Shown one piece after another: positions 41,429 through 53,019 of a stretch of DNA of 64,000 nt. The stretch comes from an uncultured Verrucomicrobiae bacterium (GTDB lineage Bacteria; Verrucomicrobiota; Verrucomicrobiia; Chthoniobacterales; UBA10450). How positions within the stretch are numbered: the first letter of the stretch is position 1; each line of letters starts with the position of its first letter. Location of the stretch: positions 96,001-160,000 of the forward strand of contig CAVSDR010000003.1 in assembly GCA_963726745.1 (NCBI GenBank), given 5' to 3'. The notes under the pieces are model-generated. The model searched no databases, was not told the DNA's origin, and saw nothing but the letters and a program-made list of their open reading frames with translations. The position numbers and the translations under genes were made by a program.

Positions 41429-42256
41429 CTAACGAGCCGGCTTGCGGGCGAGCAACTGGAAGCCCGCGGCGATCGCGCCCTGCAGCTCCGGCGCGAGATT
41501 TTGCAGCGCGGCAAAGCCCGGCGGCGGCTCGCCGCGGTGCCGCCAAAAATCGGCCCACTCCTGCAGGCTGCTGTCGCCGAGGAGGAATTGCTCGCGCGCG
41601 GAGAGGCCGGATTGCGCCGCGGTGTGGAGGACGTTTGAGAGGAGAAAGCTGAGCATCACCCCGGGCCCGAAGTTGCCGCTAACGGAACAGCTATCGATCT
41701 CGAAAGCGGCGAACCATTCGCGCACGCCAAACTCGGTCGCGTTGTAATAATGATGCGGCGCCTCGTGGAGCGACTGGAGGAAGGCGGTGTGAATCGCGAC
41801 GCTCCCGCCGGGCTTGAGCACGCGCCGAATTTCCGCGGCCGCGGTGCGTGGATCGCGCAGATGCTCGAAGACGTTGAAGGCAAAGACGCGGTCGAAGGTG
41901 TCGTCGCGAAACGGAAGCGCGTGCGCATCGCCGACCACGTCGGTGTGGCGAAAGATTTTGTATTCGAACTCAATGCAATTCGGCGAGCGGATGGCCGTCG
42001 CGCCGGCACCGATGTTCAGGACGAACTCGCGGCCCTCGCGCAATATCGCTTCGAACTCGGGGCCAATCGGATTGCTCGCGTGGTCCAAGGGTGCGACCAC
42101 CGGCGTTTCCGCGATGAAAACCGGCACGCCATCGTGATGCCGAAAATGATGCTCTCCGCCGGCGCAGACCAGCCGCTCAGCCTCGCGGCGCAGCGATTGC
42201 CGGCAGACCGGGCAGGCCAGAATTTCTGCGAGGCGCGCATTCGTTTCTCTCGCCAT
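41429..42256 (-). CDS. Class I SAM methyltransferase with Trm112-like N-terminus
   Basis: LACPVCR, VLNIGAG, GDAHALPF, VFEHL, RVLKPGG. Confidence 0.85.
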   Translation of the reverse strand: MARETNARLAEILACPVCRQSLRREAERLVCAGGEHHFRHHDGVPVFIAETPVVAPLDHASNPIGPEFEAILREGREFVLNIGAGATAIRSPNCIEFEYKIFRHTDVVGDAHALPFRDDTFDRVFAFNVFEHLRDPRTAAAEIRRVLKPGGSVAIHTAFLQSLHEAPHHYYNATEFGVREWFAAFEIDSCSVSGNFGPGVMLSFLLSNVLHTAAQSGLSAREQFLLGDSSLQEWADFWRHRGEPPPGFAALQNLAPELQGAIAAGFQLLARKPAR

Positions 42257-42342
42257 GATCGTGGGGGGAGACTAAAAGACAGGCCTGCGGAAGCAAGGCG
42301 CAGCCCGCGTCCGCCGCGGCCGCAGAAGAACCTTCGAGCTTC

Positions 42343-43941
42343 ATGAAAACATCCCGCCTCCTCTGCACCTGCCTGCTCCTCGCGGTCGCACTCGCACCGC
42401 AGAAGTTGCTGGCTAATCCCTACGCCACCACCAAGACCTTCACCGTGACTTCCACCGGCAGCAGCCGTGCGCAGGCCGGCACGCTCAATTGGGCCATCTT
42501 CCAGGCGAACTACACCGGCGCGGACGTGAACTACATCCGCTTCAACATTCCCGGCTTGAGCGGGCCCGCGGAGATCGTCTTGAGCGAGCCGCTCTATCTC
42601 GCGCGCTTGATGATTCTCGATGCCACTTCGCAGCCGGGCTACAGCGGCACGCCGCTCATCCGGGTGAACGCGAACGGTTTTGACAGCGCTTTGTTGCTCG
42701 TGGGCAATGTCGCCGGCGTCCCGCCCTACAGCGACGGCTCGGTTGCGACCAGCGGCGGCAACCCCGGCGAACATTTGGTGCGCAACGCCAGCGCCGGGAG
42801 CACGATCCAAGGCCTGCAGATCGTGAATTTCAAAACCAACGGCATCACCATCCTGAAAGAGTCGGAGGGCAATTTCATCCAGAACAACTGGATCGGCTTC
42901 CAGGCAAACCCGAGCGGCGGCTACCTGGTCAACTCCACCGCTTACCCGGACAGCCACGGCATCGGCGTGCAGTCGAATTTCAACACCATCCGTTTCAACA
43001 CCATCTCCGGCGTCGGCAATGGGATCGACCTGGGCGAAGACGTGCTCGGCGCGTGGTCCGGGCGCAATTACTTCACGAACGATCTCGAGAGCAACAACAT
43101 CGGCACCGATCCGACGGGCACAGTCGTGATCGGGAACGAATCAGACGGCATCTTCCTCGGCGCGGGTGCCTCGGAGACTTTCATCGGGCCGTTCAACGTC
43201 CTCTCCGGGATGAAGTCGTCGGGCGTCGAGCTGCTGCATTCCTCGAACTACGGAAACATCATCATCGCCAACCTCATCGGCACGAATCGCGCGGGCACGG
43301 TGGCGCTCGGCAATGGCGAACTCGGGGTGCTGATCGCCGGCGGCGCGGATTACAACGACGTCGGCGGCCCCTCCGGCGGAAACATTATCTCGGGAAATCG
43401 ACTTGGCGGCGTGGCCATTGGCACCCCGGAATTTCCCGCGGCCTGCACACGCATTTACGTGGAGTCGAACCTCATCGGGACCAACGCCAGCGGGCTGCAG
43501 GCGCTCGGCCAGCAGGTCAGCGGCATCACCAGCCAGCAGGGCAGCGAGTCGATCATCCGGCGGAATGTCATCGGCGGGCACTCGGACCACGGGATCGTGC
43601 TGAACCGCGTCGGCGGCGCGGCCAATGGCAACAAGGCGAATGGACTTTTTGGCAATTGGATCGGCCAGGCGGCACGCGCCAGCGCGGTCGGCTTCAACGC
43701 CAACAAGGGGCTGACGCAGGGCGTGCAACTTCTGGGATCGAGCAGCACCACCGACGGCCCGGCGCTGCCGAACCGCGGCTTCGGCGTCTACGTGCTGAAC
43801 TCGTTCAGCAACTATCTCCAGGTGCCCGTGGGCACGGAGAATCCCGGGAGCTATTACCTCCGGAATATTTTTGGCAGCAACACGCTCGGCAACGCCGGCT
43901 TTAATGGCTGCACCGCGGCGGACAACGTCTACTTCCCCTAG
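42343..43941 (+). CDS. Secreted parallel beta-helix repeat protein
   Basis: Signal peptide, GTLNWAI, repeated N-x-IG-T/ISGN motifs, Gly/Asn-rich. Confidence 0.78.
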   Translation: MKTSRLLCTCLLLAVALAPQKLLANPYATTKTFTVTSTGSSRAQAGTLNWAIFQANYTGADVNYIRFNIPGLSGPAEIVLSEPLYLARLMILDATSQPGYSGTPLIRVNANGFDSALLLVGNVAGVPPYSDGSVATSGGNPGEHLVRNASAGSTIQGLQIVNFKTNGITILKESEGNFIQNNWIGFQANPSGGYLVNSTAYPDSHGIGVQSNFNTIRFNTISGVGNGIDLGEDVLGAWSGRNYFTNDLESNNIGTDPTGTVVIGNESDGIFLGAGASETFIGPFNVLSGMKSSGVELLHSSNYGNIIIANLIGTNRAGTVALGNGELGVLIAGGADYNDVGGPSGGNIISGNRLGGVAIGTPEFPAACTRIYVESNLIGTNASGLQALGQQVSGITSQQGSESIIRRNVIGGHSDHGIVLNRVGGAANGNKANGLFGNWIGQAARASAVGFNANKGLTQGVQLLGSSSTTDGPALPNRGFGVYVLNSFSNYLQVPVGTENPGSYYLRNIFGSNTLGNAGFNGCTAADNVYFP

Positions 43942-46350
43942 TCGTCGCGCGCGAGAATCCGGCAGTCGCGCACCGTTGCCACTTCGTGAAAGTGCGGGAT
44001 GCGCGCCGTCTCCTCCGCCGGGAGATCGACCGCCAGGATCTGCTGCACGCCCAGCCGCGCGAGCGTGTCGTCGGTACTCGTTAGGCCGATCTCGTAGCTC
44101 GCGGTCGAGGTGAGCTCGAACCGCGGCGGCCCGCTCGCCTGCGGCACAAACGAGATGTGCGCGTAGCGACTGTAAACGCCGCGGCTTTCGGCCGCAGGAT
44201 CGAGCTGCGCGAGCATCGCCGGACGGGGATTGATCTCCACCCCGCCGAGCACTTCCGCGCCGCTGGCCTTCAGGAATTGCGCGAGCACGTGGCTGCGATC
44301 CGAGCGGCCGAGAACGAGCCACGGCCCGGGGCGCCCGGCCGTGGCGCGCAGGAGTTCGCTGGCGCTAAAGCCGGGCAAGCCGCGCGCGAGCGGATTTACC
44401 AGCGCGTTCGTCGCGGCCAGCGGGAGACAAAGCAGGAGCATGCTGGTGAGGGATTGCCGCTGCCAGATTTGCAAGGCCAGGAGCGCAAAAAAGAGGCTCA
44501 CCACGAGCCCGCTGCCCGCGCTCACGAAGTTGGACAGGTGGATGTTCGCCGCGTGGAACCCGAGGAAAAGCAGCGCGCTCAAGCCGGCGAAGGCCGCCCA
44601 GCCTTCGCGCGCGCGCGGCGCGCCGCCTAACGAGAAGTAGCGGCAGAGCGCCATCGCCACGCCCACCCCCATGGCCACGTGCGCGCGCGAGCCGCTGACG
44701 TCGCCGAGGCCGTTCCAATGCGCCAGCCAGGGCGGCAGGCCGACGTTCATAAAAATAAACAGCAAGATGAGGAAAGCGGTGCTCGTGAGCAGCAGGCGAT
44801 CGTAGCGCCGCTGCCAGATTTCGCGCGCAACCAGCACGAGCAGGAGCGGCAGGAGAAAGAGAAAACCGGACGCCTCCGAGGCATTGCCGAGCGGCGGCGG
44901 GTAGTGATCCTCGGTCATGCCAAATTCGAGGAAGGAGGCGGCGAAATAGCGCAACGGATAACCGCCGCCGCCCAGAAAAACCTGCCCCGGGTAGACCAGC
45001 CCGCGGATTTGCCGGAGCAGCCCCGCGACATCGCCGAGCCAAAGAAACAACAGCCCGCCCGTCACCGTCAAAGTGCCGGCAAACAAGCGCGAGGCGCGCG
45101 AGCGACACCCGCCGCAGGGCCAGGAGCAGGAAGAGCCCGAGGTAGAGCAACGGGATTTGGAAGCGCGGATAGCAGCAGAAGACGAAATTGAGCGCGGCGA
45201 AGGGGAAGACCGCGGCTGCGAGGAGCGAGCCGCGCCGCAGGATGGCCGCGACCGCCCAGCCTCCGAGGAAGAACATCCCGAGCATTTCCGGGAGCGCCGT
45301 AGGGCTGCTGAACCACCATTGCGTGAAGCCGGAAAAGAAAACAAAGAGCGTGCCGCCTAACGAGAGCAAGAGCTTCCCGCGGGTGAGCTCGTGGAAGCAA
45401 AGGAGCCCGCCGGCGAGGAGCGCGAACCATTTGAAGTTCCAGTAGAAGGCGAAGGCGGTCTCCAGCGGGAGCGCGAAGAAGGCCCAGAACTGCGGGCGAA
45501 AGATCATCGACCAATGCCGCGCCGGGACCGAGGTGATGAGCGTCGCCGGGCCATCGCCAATGGTCGGGTTGACCAGCGGAAAATCGCGCCGTGCCTGCGA
45601 GAGAATCCAGGGCGTCTGCACGAGCCATTCATCGGAGCGAATGTATTTCGCGGTGCCCACGAGGACCTCCGCCTGCGGGTCGGCCCGATCCGCGTAAAAG
45701 CGCCAGACGGCGGACGCGCTGCCGTTCAATCCGGCCACGCTCGCGAGCAGGTAGAGCGCGAGCAGGCCGGTCAAAAGCGTTCGCAGGGAAAGCCCGCAGC
45801 CTAACGACTCCTCCGCCGGCCGCCGCAGAAGCGCGACTGCGGCCGCCGCAAGCAGCACCGCTGGGAGCCAGGCGAGGACCGCGCTCAGCGGCGTCTGCCG
45901 AATCTTCCCAGGAAGGACAATATTGAGGTCGGTGCGGTAGGCCGCGGCTTCGGGCTCGATGGTGAACTCGCTGCCTATTTCCTCGATCCGCGCGATCCCG
46001 GCGCGCGGCACGAGTTGCTGCCGCGCGAGCGGAACGCCGCGTCCGCCGAAGCGCTCGATCCGCAGATTCCGCAGCCGGAGCGGCGCCGCGCCCTGCTGTT
46101 GCACCAGCCGCAGATATTTGAGCTGCGGGCGATCGATCGGGAAGCGGACCGCTTTCCAGCCGCCCTGTGGATCGACCGTGCGGGAAACGCTTTCCTTGGT
46201 CTCTTCGCCGCCGCTTTTGTGGACCGCGACCAGGCGGACGGCAGGGTCGGCTTGCAGATCAAACGCGAGTGCGAGCGGGGCCGGACGCCATTGGAATTCC
46301 GCCAGAAAAAGCAAGATGCAGGCGGCGACGAGCAGCAGGCGGGCGGGCAT
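43938..46350 (-). CDS. Polytopic membrane protein (GT-C-like, IRSDEW motif), frameshift near 45090
   Basis: Periplasmic beta domain followed by many TM helices, with IRSDEW and YPGQ motifs, spread over ORFs 44365..46350 and 43938..45344. Confidence 0.6.
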
Positions 46351-46407
46351 GGGACAGGCTCAGAAAGCCCCTTGCATTTGCCGGCGCAACCGGAATTCTC
46401 AAGCGTC

Positions 46408-47872
46408 ATGCGCAGGACCAAAATCATCTGCACGCTCGGCCCGGCCACGGAGGACTCCGAGACGCTACGCCTCCTCATGCTCCAGGGCGCGGATGTCTTC
46501 CGCTTGAACATGAGCCACGCGACCCACGAGTGGGTGCGCGAGATCGTGCCCCGCATCCGTCAAATCGCGACTGAAGTCGGCCGCACCATCGCCATCCTGC
46601 TGGATACCCAGGGCCCGGCGATCCGCACGGGCGATGTGAAGACCGATCTCCAGCTCCAGCCCGGCGACATCCTTGAACTCACCGTGCGCGGCGCGAAGAG
46701 CGAGGAAACTTATTCCGTCGACGTGAACTACGACGGCCTGGTGAACGACATCGCCGCCGGCGACACCGTCTTAGTCGACAATGGCGTGATCGAGATGCTG
46801 GTGCTGGAGAAGCAGAACAATCGCATCCGCTGCAAGGTCCTCACTCCGGGCACGCTCGGCTCGCGCCGGCACATCAATCTCCCCGGCGTGCGGGTCAACC
46901 TCCCACCGCTCACGACCAAGGATATGAACGACGTGCGTGTGGGCGCGGAGGTCGGGGTGGACTTTGTGGCGCTCAGTTTCGCGCGGCAACGCAGCGACGT
47001 CGAAGAGCTCCGGCGGGTGATGGAAATGCTCGGGAGCCGTGCGCAGATCGTGGCCAAAATCGAGGATCAATCCGCGGTCGCGCAGATCGACGAGATGATC
47101 GAGGCGGCCGACGTCATTCTCGTGGCCCGGGGCGATCTCGGAATCGAGTGCCCGATGGAAGAGTTGCCGATCATCCAGCGGAAGATCGTCAAGCAATGCC
47201 TCCATTTTGGGAAGCCGGTGATCGTGGCCACGCACATGCTCGAGTCGATGATCGAGAACCCGGTGCCGACGCGCGCGGAAATTACCGATGTGGCCAACGC
47301 GGTCTTCGAGCAGGCGGATGCGATCATGCTGAGTGGGGAAACGACCGTGGGCCGCTACCCGGTGCGCTGCGTGGAAGTGTTCGACCGTGTGGCCCGGCGC
47401 ATCGAACGGAGCGGCGGCGCGGGCTACGCCGGCGAGGCGGAGCTGCGGGACTTCCGTCAGAAGACCGTCGCCTCCGCGGTGATGCTGGCCAACTCGCTGC
47501 CAAACGCGAAGATCATCGTCTTTACCCGGCACGGCACGATGGCGCGCTACGTCTCGAATCTTGCGACCGGAAGCAGCGGATATTTTTGCCTTCACCCCGA
47601 GCGAGCACGTCTGGCGGCAGCTCGCGCTTTCCTGGGGCGTCTACCCCGTTTTGTTGGAGTTCACCGGCGATCCAAACTCGACCATTGAAGCGGCGGAGAC
47701 GTTTCTCCGCGAATCCAGCCTAACGAATGCAGGCGACAACCTGGTCGTCATCACCGACCTCCGGGCCGGGAGCGCGCAGATCGATTCCATCCAGGTGCGG
47801 CAGGCGCGCGGGGACGGCGAGAATCACGACGCGGCGGCGCCTTTGAGCGACGCGGAGTCGATGATGGACTAG
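46408..47872 (+). CDS. pyk: Pyruvate kinase, frameshift near 47562
   Basis: RRTKIICTLGPA, FRLNMSH, LDTQGPAIRTG, AKIE, VARGDLG, PTRAE, DAIMLSGET; the tail LSWGVYP is in the next frame. Confidence 0.93.
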
Positions 47873-49290
47873 GCCGGCGGCGGCGTGCCGCGGTAGAAAG
47901 AATGCTGGCTGTGCTCGCGGTAGAAGCGGGCCTCGTCAGCCGGAAGTTGGTGGTCGCGGTACCATGGGAGATGGCGCGCGGTGAAGCGGCCCGCCACGCG
48001 CACCGCCTCGAGATAATTTTGCGGATCGAAGAAGCGCTTGTGGTAGAGCGCGAAGGTAGTGTCGATCCACGCGCGGTAAACCGGATCCGGCAGCCGCGAC
48101 GGCAGAAGTTGCTGCCAAAACTTCGCCTCCCACTCGGCGATGCGATAACGCTCCCCGCCGATCGCGAAAGTCTCGTCGAGCATCCGCTCGGGCTCGGAAA
48201 GATCGAGCGCGAAGCCGGCCTTGCCGACGCGCTGTTCCTCCGTCAGGTCGAGCAGGTTTTGCAGGAAAAGCGGCGGGAGCGCGGGGTTGAACTCGAGGTC
48301 AGGATCGGTCAGGCAAAAATGCTCCGGCCAGCCCGCGAATGTCTCGGCGTCCTCGAGCAGAAAGCGCGGCCCGCGATTCTCCCCACGGCGCACGGCCACG
48401 CACCCGCCTAACGAATCCAGATACGCCAGCATCGGCGGGAAGGCAGAGCCGTTGTCGACCACGACAATTTGCCGGAAGCGCAGGCGCTTGAGTTGCTCGA
48501 CCATCGCCCGCAGGTGCGTGGGATTGTTGAAAGCCGGCACGATTACCGGCACCTGCGCGCGCAATTCCTCCTCGAGCGCAAGGCGCGCGTCCTCCTCGAG
48601 GCGCTGCGGAACAAACAGCACATTGAATTGGTCGTCGCCGTATTCACGGTCGCGCGCCACCGGCACAAACCCCACCGCCGCGAGGAACGCGGCGACGTCG
48701 GCCGAGAGTTTTTGCTCCTGCCAAAAGGCGCGATTTTCGGTTTCGACGAAGAGCGCCACGGTCCGCCCGAGGAGGGCTTTGGCCCCGGCCAGCACTTCAA
48801 GAGCCGCACCCTCGACATCGATCCATAGCGCGAAAGAGACAGCGCTTTCGCCGGCGAAAAAATCATCCAGCGATTGCAGCGGCACGCGAAATTCGCGGTA
48901 GGTCGCCTCTTCGTCGCGGCGCAGGAGCGACGTCTTTCCGGTATCGCTCGGCTCCGTGATCACGGCGTCGTGCATCTCGCCGTCGACCCACATTTTGCTG
49001 AGGGTGCGCGGCGCAAAGACAGTCACCTCGCCGCGGCCCGCACCGATGGCGCAGGCGCGATGCTGGATGCCAGCCGCCGCCAGGCGCGCATGGTGCTGGG
49101 CAAAGATCTCGGGATTGGCCTCGAAGGCGAAGACGCGCGCCTCGGGAGCAGCGACCTGCGCGAGAAGCGCGGCCTGGCCATCGTTCGTGCCGACATCGCA
49201 ACAGACCGCCGGCTGCCATTGCCTAACGAGACCAAAATAGAGCCGCCGGAGGGCCTCGTGGCTGATGATCGTTCCGAGGTAGTCGGCCAA
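47869..49290 (-). CDS. FkbM-family methyltransferase fused to a GT2-like domain
   Basis: DVGTNDG, AFEANP, WIDVEGA; then VIVPAFN, VDNGS, TDPD, IDTTFALY, ARHLPWY. Confidence 0.82.
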   Translation of the reverse strand: MADYLGTIISHEALRRLYFGLVRQWQPAVCCDVGTNDGQAALLAQVAAPEARVFAFEANPEIFAQHHARLAAAGIQHRACAIGAGRGEVTVFAPRTLSKMWVDGEMHDAVITEPSDTGKTSLLRRDEEATYREFRVPLQSLDDFFAGESAVSFALWIDVEGAALEVLAGAKALLGRTVALFVETENRAFWQEQKLSADVAAFLAAVGFVPVARDREYGDDQFNVLFVPQRLEEDARLALEEELRAQVPVIVPAFNNPTHLRAMVEQLKRLRFRQIVVVDNGSAFPPMLAYLDSLGGCVAVRRGENRGPRFLLEDAETFAGWPEHFCLTDPDLEFNPALPPLFLQNLLDLTEEQRVGKAGFALDLSEPERMLDETFAIGGERYRIAEWEAKFWQQLLPSRLPDPVYRAWIDTTFALYHKRFFDPQNYLEAVRVAGRFTARHLPWYRDHQLPADEARFYREHSQHSFYRGTPPPA

Positions 49291-49387
49291 AGCAGCGCAA
49301 GGTGGCGCGCCTGCTCGCCGGACGCAAAAACAGAAAGCGCGCGGAGGCTTACACCCCCGCGCGCTTCCACTGACTATGCCGGAAGTC

Positions 49388-50254
49388 TTAGGCTTCGACT
49401 GGGAGCTCCACGTCGACGGGGCGCTCTTTCTTGCTCAGCGCGCGGCGCAGTTTAGACAGCGCGATGTTCTGCAGCTGGCGAATGCGCTCGCGGGTGACGC
49501 CGAATTTCTTGCCCACTTCCTCGAGCGTCTTCGGCTTGCCGCCGTCGAGCCCGAAGCGCGAGAAAATAATCTTCCGTTCACGATCATCGAGCACGTCGAG
49601 CAGGCCGCCAACTTCGTTGCGCAGGTTCTTGTCGCGGAGCAATTCGAAAGGCGTCTGCGCCTCTTCGTCGCCCACGATTTCGCCGAATTCGGTGGAGTCG
49701 TCGTCGCTGATCGGCGCGTCGAGTGAAGCCGGGCGAATGGAGACGGTCTTCAGCTGCGAGACCTTGCCCGCGGCAATGCCGATTTCCTCGCCCAGTTCGT
49801 CGTCGGTCGGTTCGCGGCCGAGTTCCTCGCTCATCTGCAAGGAAACACGGCGCATCTTGGAAATTTTGTCGACCAGATGGACGGGCAAGCGGATCGTCTT
49901 CGACTGATTTGCGAGGGCGCGCTTGATCGACTGCTTGATCCACCAGGCGGCGTAAGTCGAGAGCTTGCCGCCCTTGGCGGGGTCAAAACGCTCAACCGCT
50001 TTCATCAAGCCAATGTTGCCCTCGGAGATGAGGTCGAGCAGCGGAAGGCCGAGGTTGGCGTAATCGTGCGCAATTTTGACCACCAAACGCAGGTTCGAGC
50101 GGATCATGAGGGCGCGTGCCTCGCGGTCGCCCTTTTTGATCTTCGCGGCCAGCTCGATCTCCTGCTCTGGGGTGAGCAGCGGGATTTGCCCGATCTCGCG
50201 CAGGTAAATCTTTATTCCAGTATCGCTATCTTCAGCAGCCATAAAACTCTTCAT
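49388..50254 (-). CDS. RNA polymerase sigma-70 factor, RpoD/SigA-like but lacking region 1.1
   Basis: YLREIG, NLRLVV, DLISEGNIGLMKAVERFD, STYAAWWIKQ, TLEEVG...TRERIRQ. Start at 50254 or 50242. Confidence 0.93.
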   Translation of the reverse strand: MKSFMAAEDSDTGIKIYLREIGQIPLLTPEQEIELAAKIKKGDREARALMIRSNLRLVVKIAHDYANLGLPLLDLISEGNIGLMKAVERFDPAKGGKLSTYAAWWIKQSIKRALANQSKTIRLPVHLVDKISKMRRVSLQMSEELGREPTDDELGEEIGIAAGKVSQLKTVSIRPASLDAPISDDDSTEFGEIVGDEEAQTPFELLRDKNLRNEVGGLLDVLDDRERKIIFSRFGLDGGKPKTLEEVGKKFGVTRERIRQLQNIALSKLRRALSKKERPVDVELPVEA

Positions 50255-50657
50255 GTAAAGGGAGACACAGAGGCACAGTTTTCTTGAAAGGGGTTACGTG
50301 CGCGGGTGCCTTCTAGGTTGCCTGCCCGAACAAGTAAAGAGTATTTAACTAGGTTAACTATTCGATTTTCTGACAGGGGGCGGTTGCCTTTTGTTCAAAG
50401 ATTAATCAGCAAAATCTAAACGCCTGCGCCTGACGGTTTTCAGGTCTTCCAGCTCAGAGCGATACGCCTGGGCGTCCGACCTGGGTTGTCTCAAATTTGG
50501 GACACCCCTGCTGCTGTGTGTCGAGCGGCGATATCGGCGCCAAGCACCGGTGGCGACCTTCATTCGGGTGCGAAAATCTGATTGCCAGCGAGATGGAAGA
50601 TGTGTTGGAGATTCTGCGCGGACTGCCCGAAGGTGCCGCCGCAAGGATTTAACCAAG

Positions 50658-51833
50658 ATGAAAAAAATTCGCGTCGGGATTATCGGAGTGGGCAACTGCG
50701 CTTCCTCGCTGGTGCAGGGAATCGAGTTCTACCGGAACGCCAATGCCGATGACTTCGTGCCCGGCCTGATGCACGTCGATCTCGGCGGCTATCACGTGCG
50801 CGACATCGAATTTTCCGCCGCGTTCGACATCAACGCGACCAAGGTTGGACGCGACCTGGGCGAGGCCGTCTTCGCCGAGCCGAACAACACCATCAAGTTC
50901 GCCGATGTCCCCAAGCTCGGGGTGAAAGTCCACCGTGGCATGACGCACGACGGCCTGGGCAAATACCTCAAGAAAGTCGTTAAAAAATCGCCCGCCTCGA
51001 CCGACGACATCGTCGGCATTCTCAAGAAAACCAAGACCGACGTGGTCATCTCCTATCTCCCGGTCGGCTCCGAGATGGCGACCAAATGGTATGTCGAGCA
51101 GATCCTCGAGGCCGGCTGCGCCTTCATTAATTGCGTGCCCGTTTTCATCGCTTCGCAGCCGTATTGGCAGCGCCGGTTCGAGGAGCGCGGGCTGCCGATC
51201 ATTGGCGACGACATCAAGTCGCAGGTCGGCGCGACGATCGCGCATCGCGTGCTCACGAATCTCTTTCGCGAACGCGGCGTGCGCCTCGACCGCACCTACC
51301 AGCTCAACTTCGGCGGCAACACCGACTTCCTGAACATGCTCGAGCGCGAGCGCCTGGAATCGAAGAAAATCTCGAAGACGCAGGCGGTCACGAGCCAGCT
51401 CGGCCATGCCCTGCCGGCGAACGACGTCCACGTCGGCCCGAGCGATTACGTCCCGTGGCTGACCGATCGCAAATGGTGCTACATCCGCATGGAAGGGACC
51501 ACCTTCGGCAACGTCCCGATCAACTGCGAAATGAAGATGGAAGTCTGGGATTCGCCCAACTCCGCCGGCGTCGTGATTGATGCCATCCGCTGCGCGAAGC
51601 TCGCGCTCGACCGGAAAATTTCCGGATCGCTCGTGGGACCCTCGAGCTACTTCATGAAGTCGCCGCCGGTGCAGTTTACCGACGATGAAGCGCGGAAGAA
51701 GACCGAGGAATTTATCGAGGGCGGCGACGAGGCCGTGCTGCCCGGGCCGACGACCGCGGCGAAGCGCAACGGCAACGGTCAGCGCAAGCAGCCGGCGGCG
51801 AAAGCGCGCAACGGCGCCAAGCCGAAACGTTAG
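50658..51833 (+). CDS. ino1: myo-Inositol-1-phosphate synthase
   Basis: [53 protein letters not shown]. Confidence 0.95.
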   Translation: MKKIRVGIIGVGNCASSLVQGIEFYRNANADDFVPGLMHVDLGGYHVRDIEFSAAFDINATKVGRDLGEAVFAEPNNTIKFADVPKLGVKVHRGMTHDGLGKYLKKVVKKSPASTDDIVGILKKTKTDVVISYLPVGSEMATKWYVEQILEAGCAFINCVPVFIASQPYWQRRFEERGLPIIGDDIKSQVGATIAHRVLTNLFRERGVRLDRTYQLNFGGNTDFLNMLERERLESKKISKTQAVTSQLGHALPANDVHVGPSDYVPWLTDRKWCYIRMEGTTFGNVPINCEMKMEVWDSPNSAGVVIDAIRCAKLALDRKISGSLVGPSSYFMKSPPVQFTDDEARKKTEEFIEGGDEAVLPGPTTAAKRNGNGQRKQPAAKARNGAKPKR

Positions 51834-51877
51834 CCGGCAGGATTTGCGTGACCGCGGAGCGGGCTACATTGGCGCCC

Positions 51878-52972
51878 ATGAAGCTTCTCCTCGGCGCGAT
51901 CTTGCTGTCTATTTTATCGACTACCGTGCGGGCCGCTGACGAGACCGCGCCGAAGTTTGACGCTGCGGCTGCAGAACGTTTTGCCCGGCTCGCGCTCGGC
52001 TGCGTCGCGAAAGAATACCCGAACAAGATCAGCCATGTGCTGAATAGCGACCGCGACGTCGCCCCGCCGCGCACGCTCACGCCCGCGTTCTACGGTTGCT
52101 TCGATTGGCATTCCTCGGTCCACGGCCATTGGCTGCTCGCGCGCCTCGTGCGGACCTTTCCGGACGCGCCGTGGGCGAAAGAAGCGCGCGCTGCCTTGGC
52201 CAAGAGCTTATCGGTGCAGAATCTCGAGCGCGAAGCCGAGTATATGAAAGGCGAGGGCCGCGCGAGCTTTGAGCGGCCGTACGGCCTCGCCTGGCTCCTG
52301 CAACTCGCCGCTGAGCTCCATCAATGGGACGACCCGCAAGCCGATGAAATGTCGGCCGCGCTGCAGCCGCTCGAAGAAGCAGCGCTCACGCGCCTGCAAA
52401 CCTGGTTGCCGAAACTTTCGCACCCGGTCCGCATCGGCGAGCACGCTCAGACCGCTTTCGCGCTTGGCCTGCTGCTGGATTACGCACGCACGGTGCATCA
52501 TGCTGAGTTCGAGAAACTGCTCACGGAGCGCGCCCGGAAGTTCTATCTGGAGGACAAAACTTGCCCGCTCAGCTACGAGCCCTCGGGCGAAGATTTTCTC
52601 TCCCCTTGCCTCGCGGAAGCGGACGTGATGCGCCGGATTCTCCCGCCGGAGGAATTTGCCAAGTGGCTGGCTAATTTCCTTCCTCAAATTCCCGCAAAGG
52701 CGGAAGCCTCGTGGCTGCCCGTAGCCGTCTCGCCCGATCCGAGCGATCCGAAGCTGGCGCATCTCGACGGCCTCAACCTTAGCCGCGCCTGGATGCTCGA
52801 GGGCATCATGGCCGGCTTGCCGGAGAACGATCCGCGCCGCCCGGCCCTCGCCGCGACCGCGCAAGCCCATCGGCGCGCCGGCCTGGCCGCGGTCACCGGC
52901 GAGCATTACGAGGGCGGCCACTGGCTGGGCAGTTTCGCGGTTTACCTCGCGACCGGGCGCGGCCTTCGTTAG
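51878..52972 (+). CDS. DUF2891 family exported protein
   Basis: EYPNK, FYGCFDWHSSVHGHW, FERPYG, HLDGLNLSRAW, YEGGHWL. Confidence 0.85.
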   Translation: MKLLLGAILLSILSTTVRAADETAPKFDAAAAERFARLALGCVAKEYPNKISHVLNSDRDVAPPRTLTPAFYGCFDWHSSVHGHWLLARLVRTFPDAPWAKEARAALAKSLSVQNLEREAEYMKGEGRASFERPYGLAWLLQLAAELHQWDDPQADEMSAALQPLEEAALTRLQTWLPKLSHPVRIGEHAQTAFALGLLLDYARTVHHAEFEKLLTERARKFYLEDKTCPLSYEPSGEDFLSPCLAEADVMRRILPPEEFAKWLANFLPQIPAKAEASWLPVAVSPDPSDPKLAHLDGLNLSRAWMLEGIMAGLPENDPRRPALAATAQAHRRAGLAAVTGEHYEGGHWLGSFAVYLATGRGLR

Positions 52973-53019
52973 CCGGCACGGCGGGTAGACAAAAGCCGCG
53001 CGCGGCGGCGTTTCTTTCT

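Noticed and set aside
46015..46407. N-terminal extensions of pyk, mutS, comM, ino1 and the GspE ATPase in the ORF track
   Set aside because: They overlap neighbouring genes or promoters; family homology begins at downstream starts.
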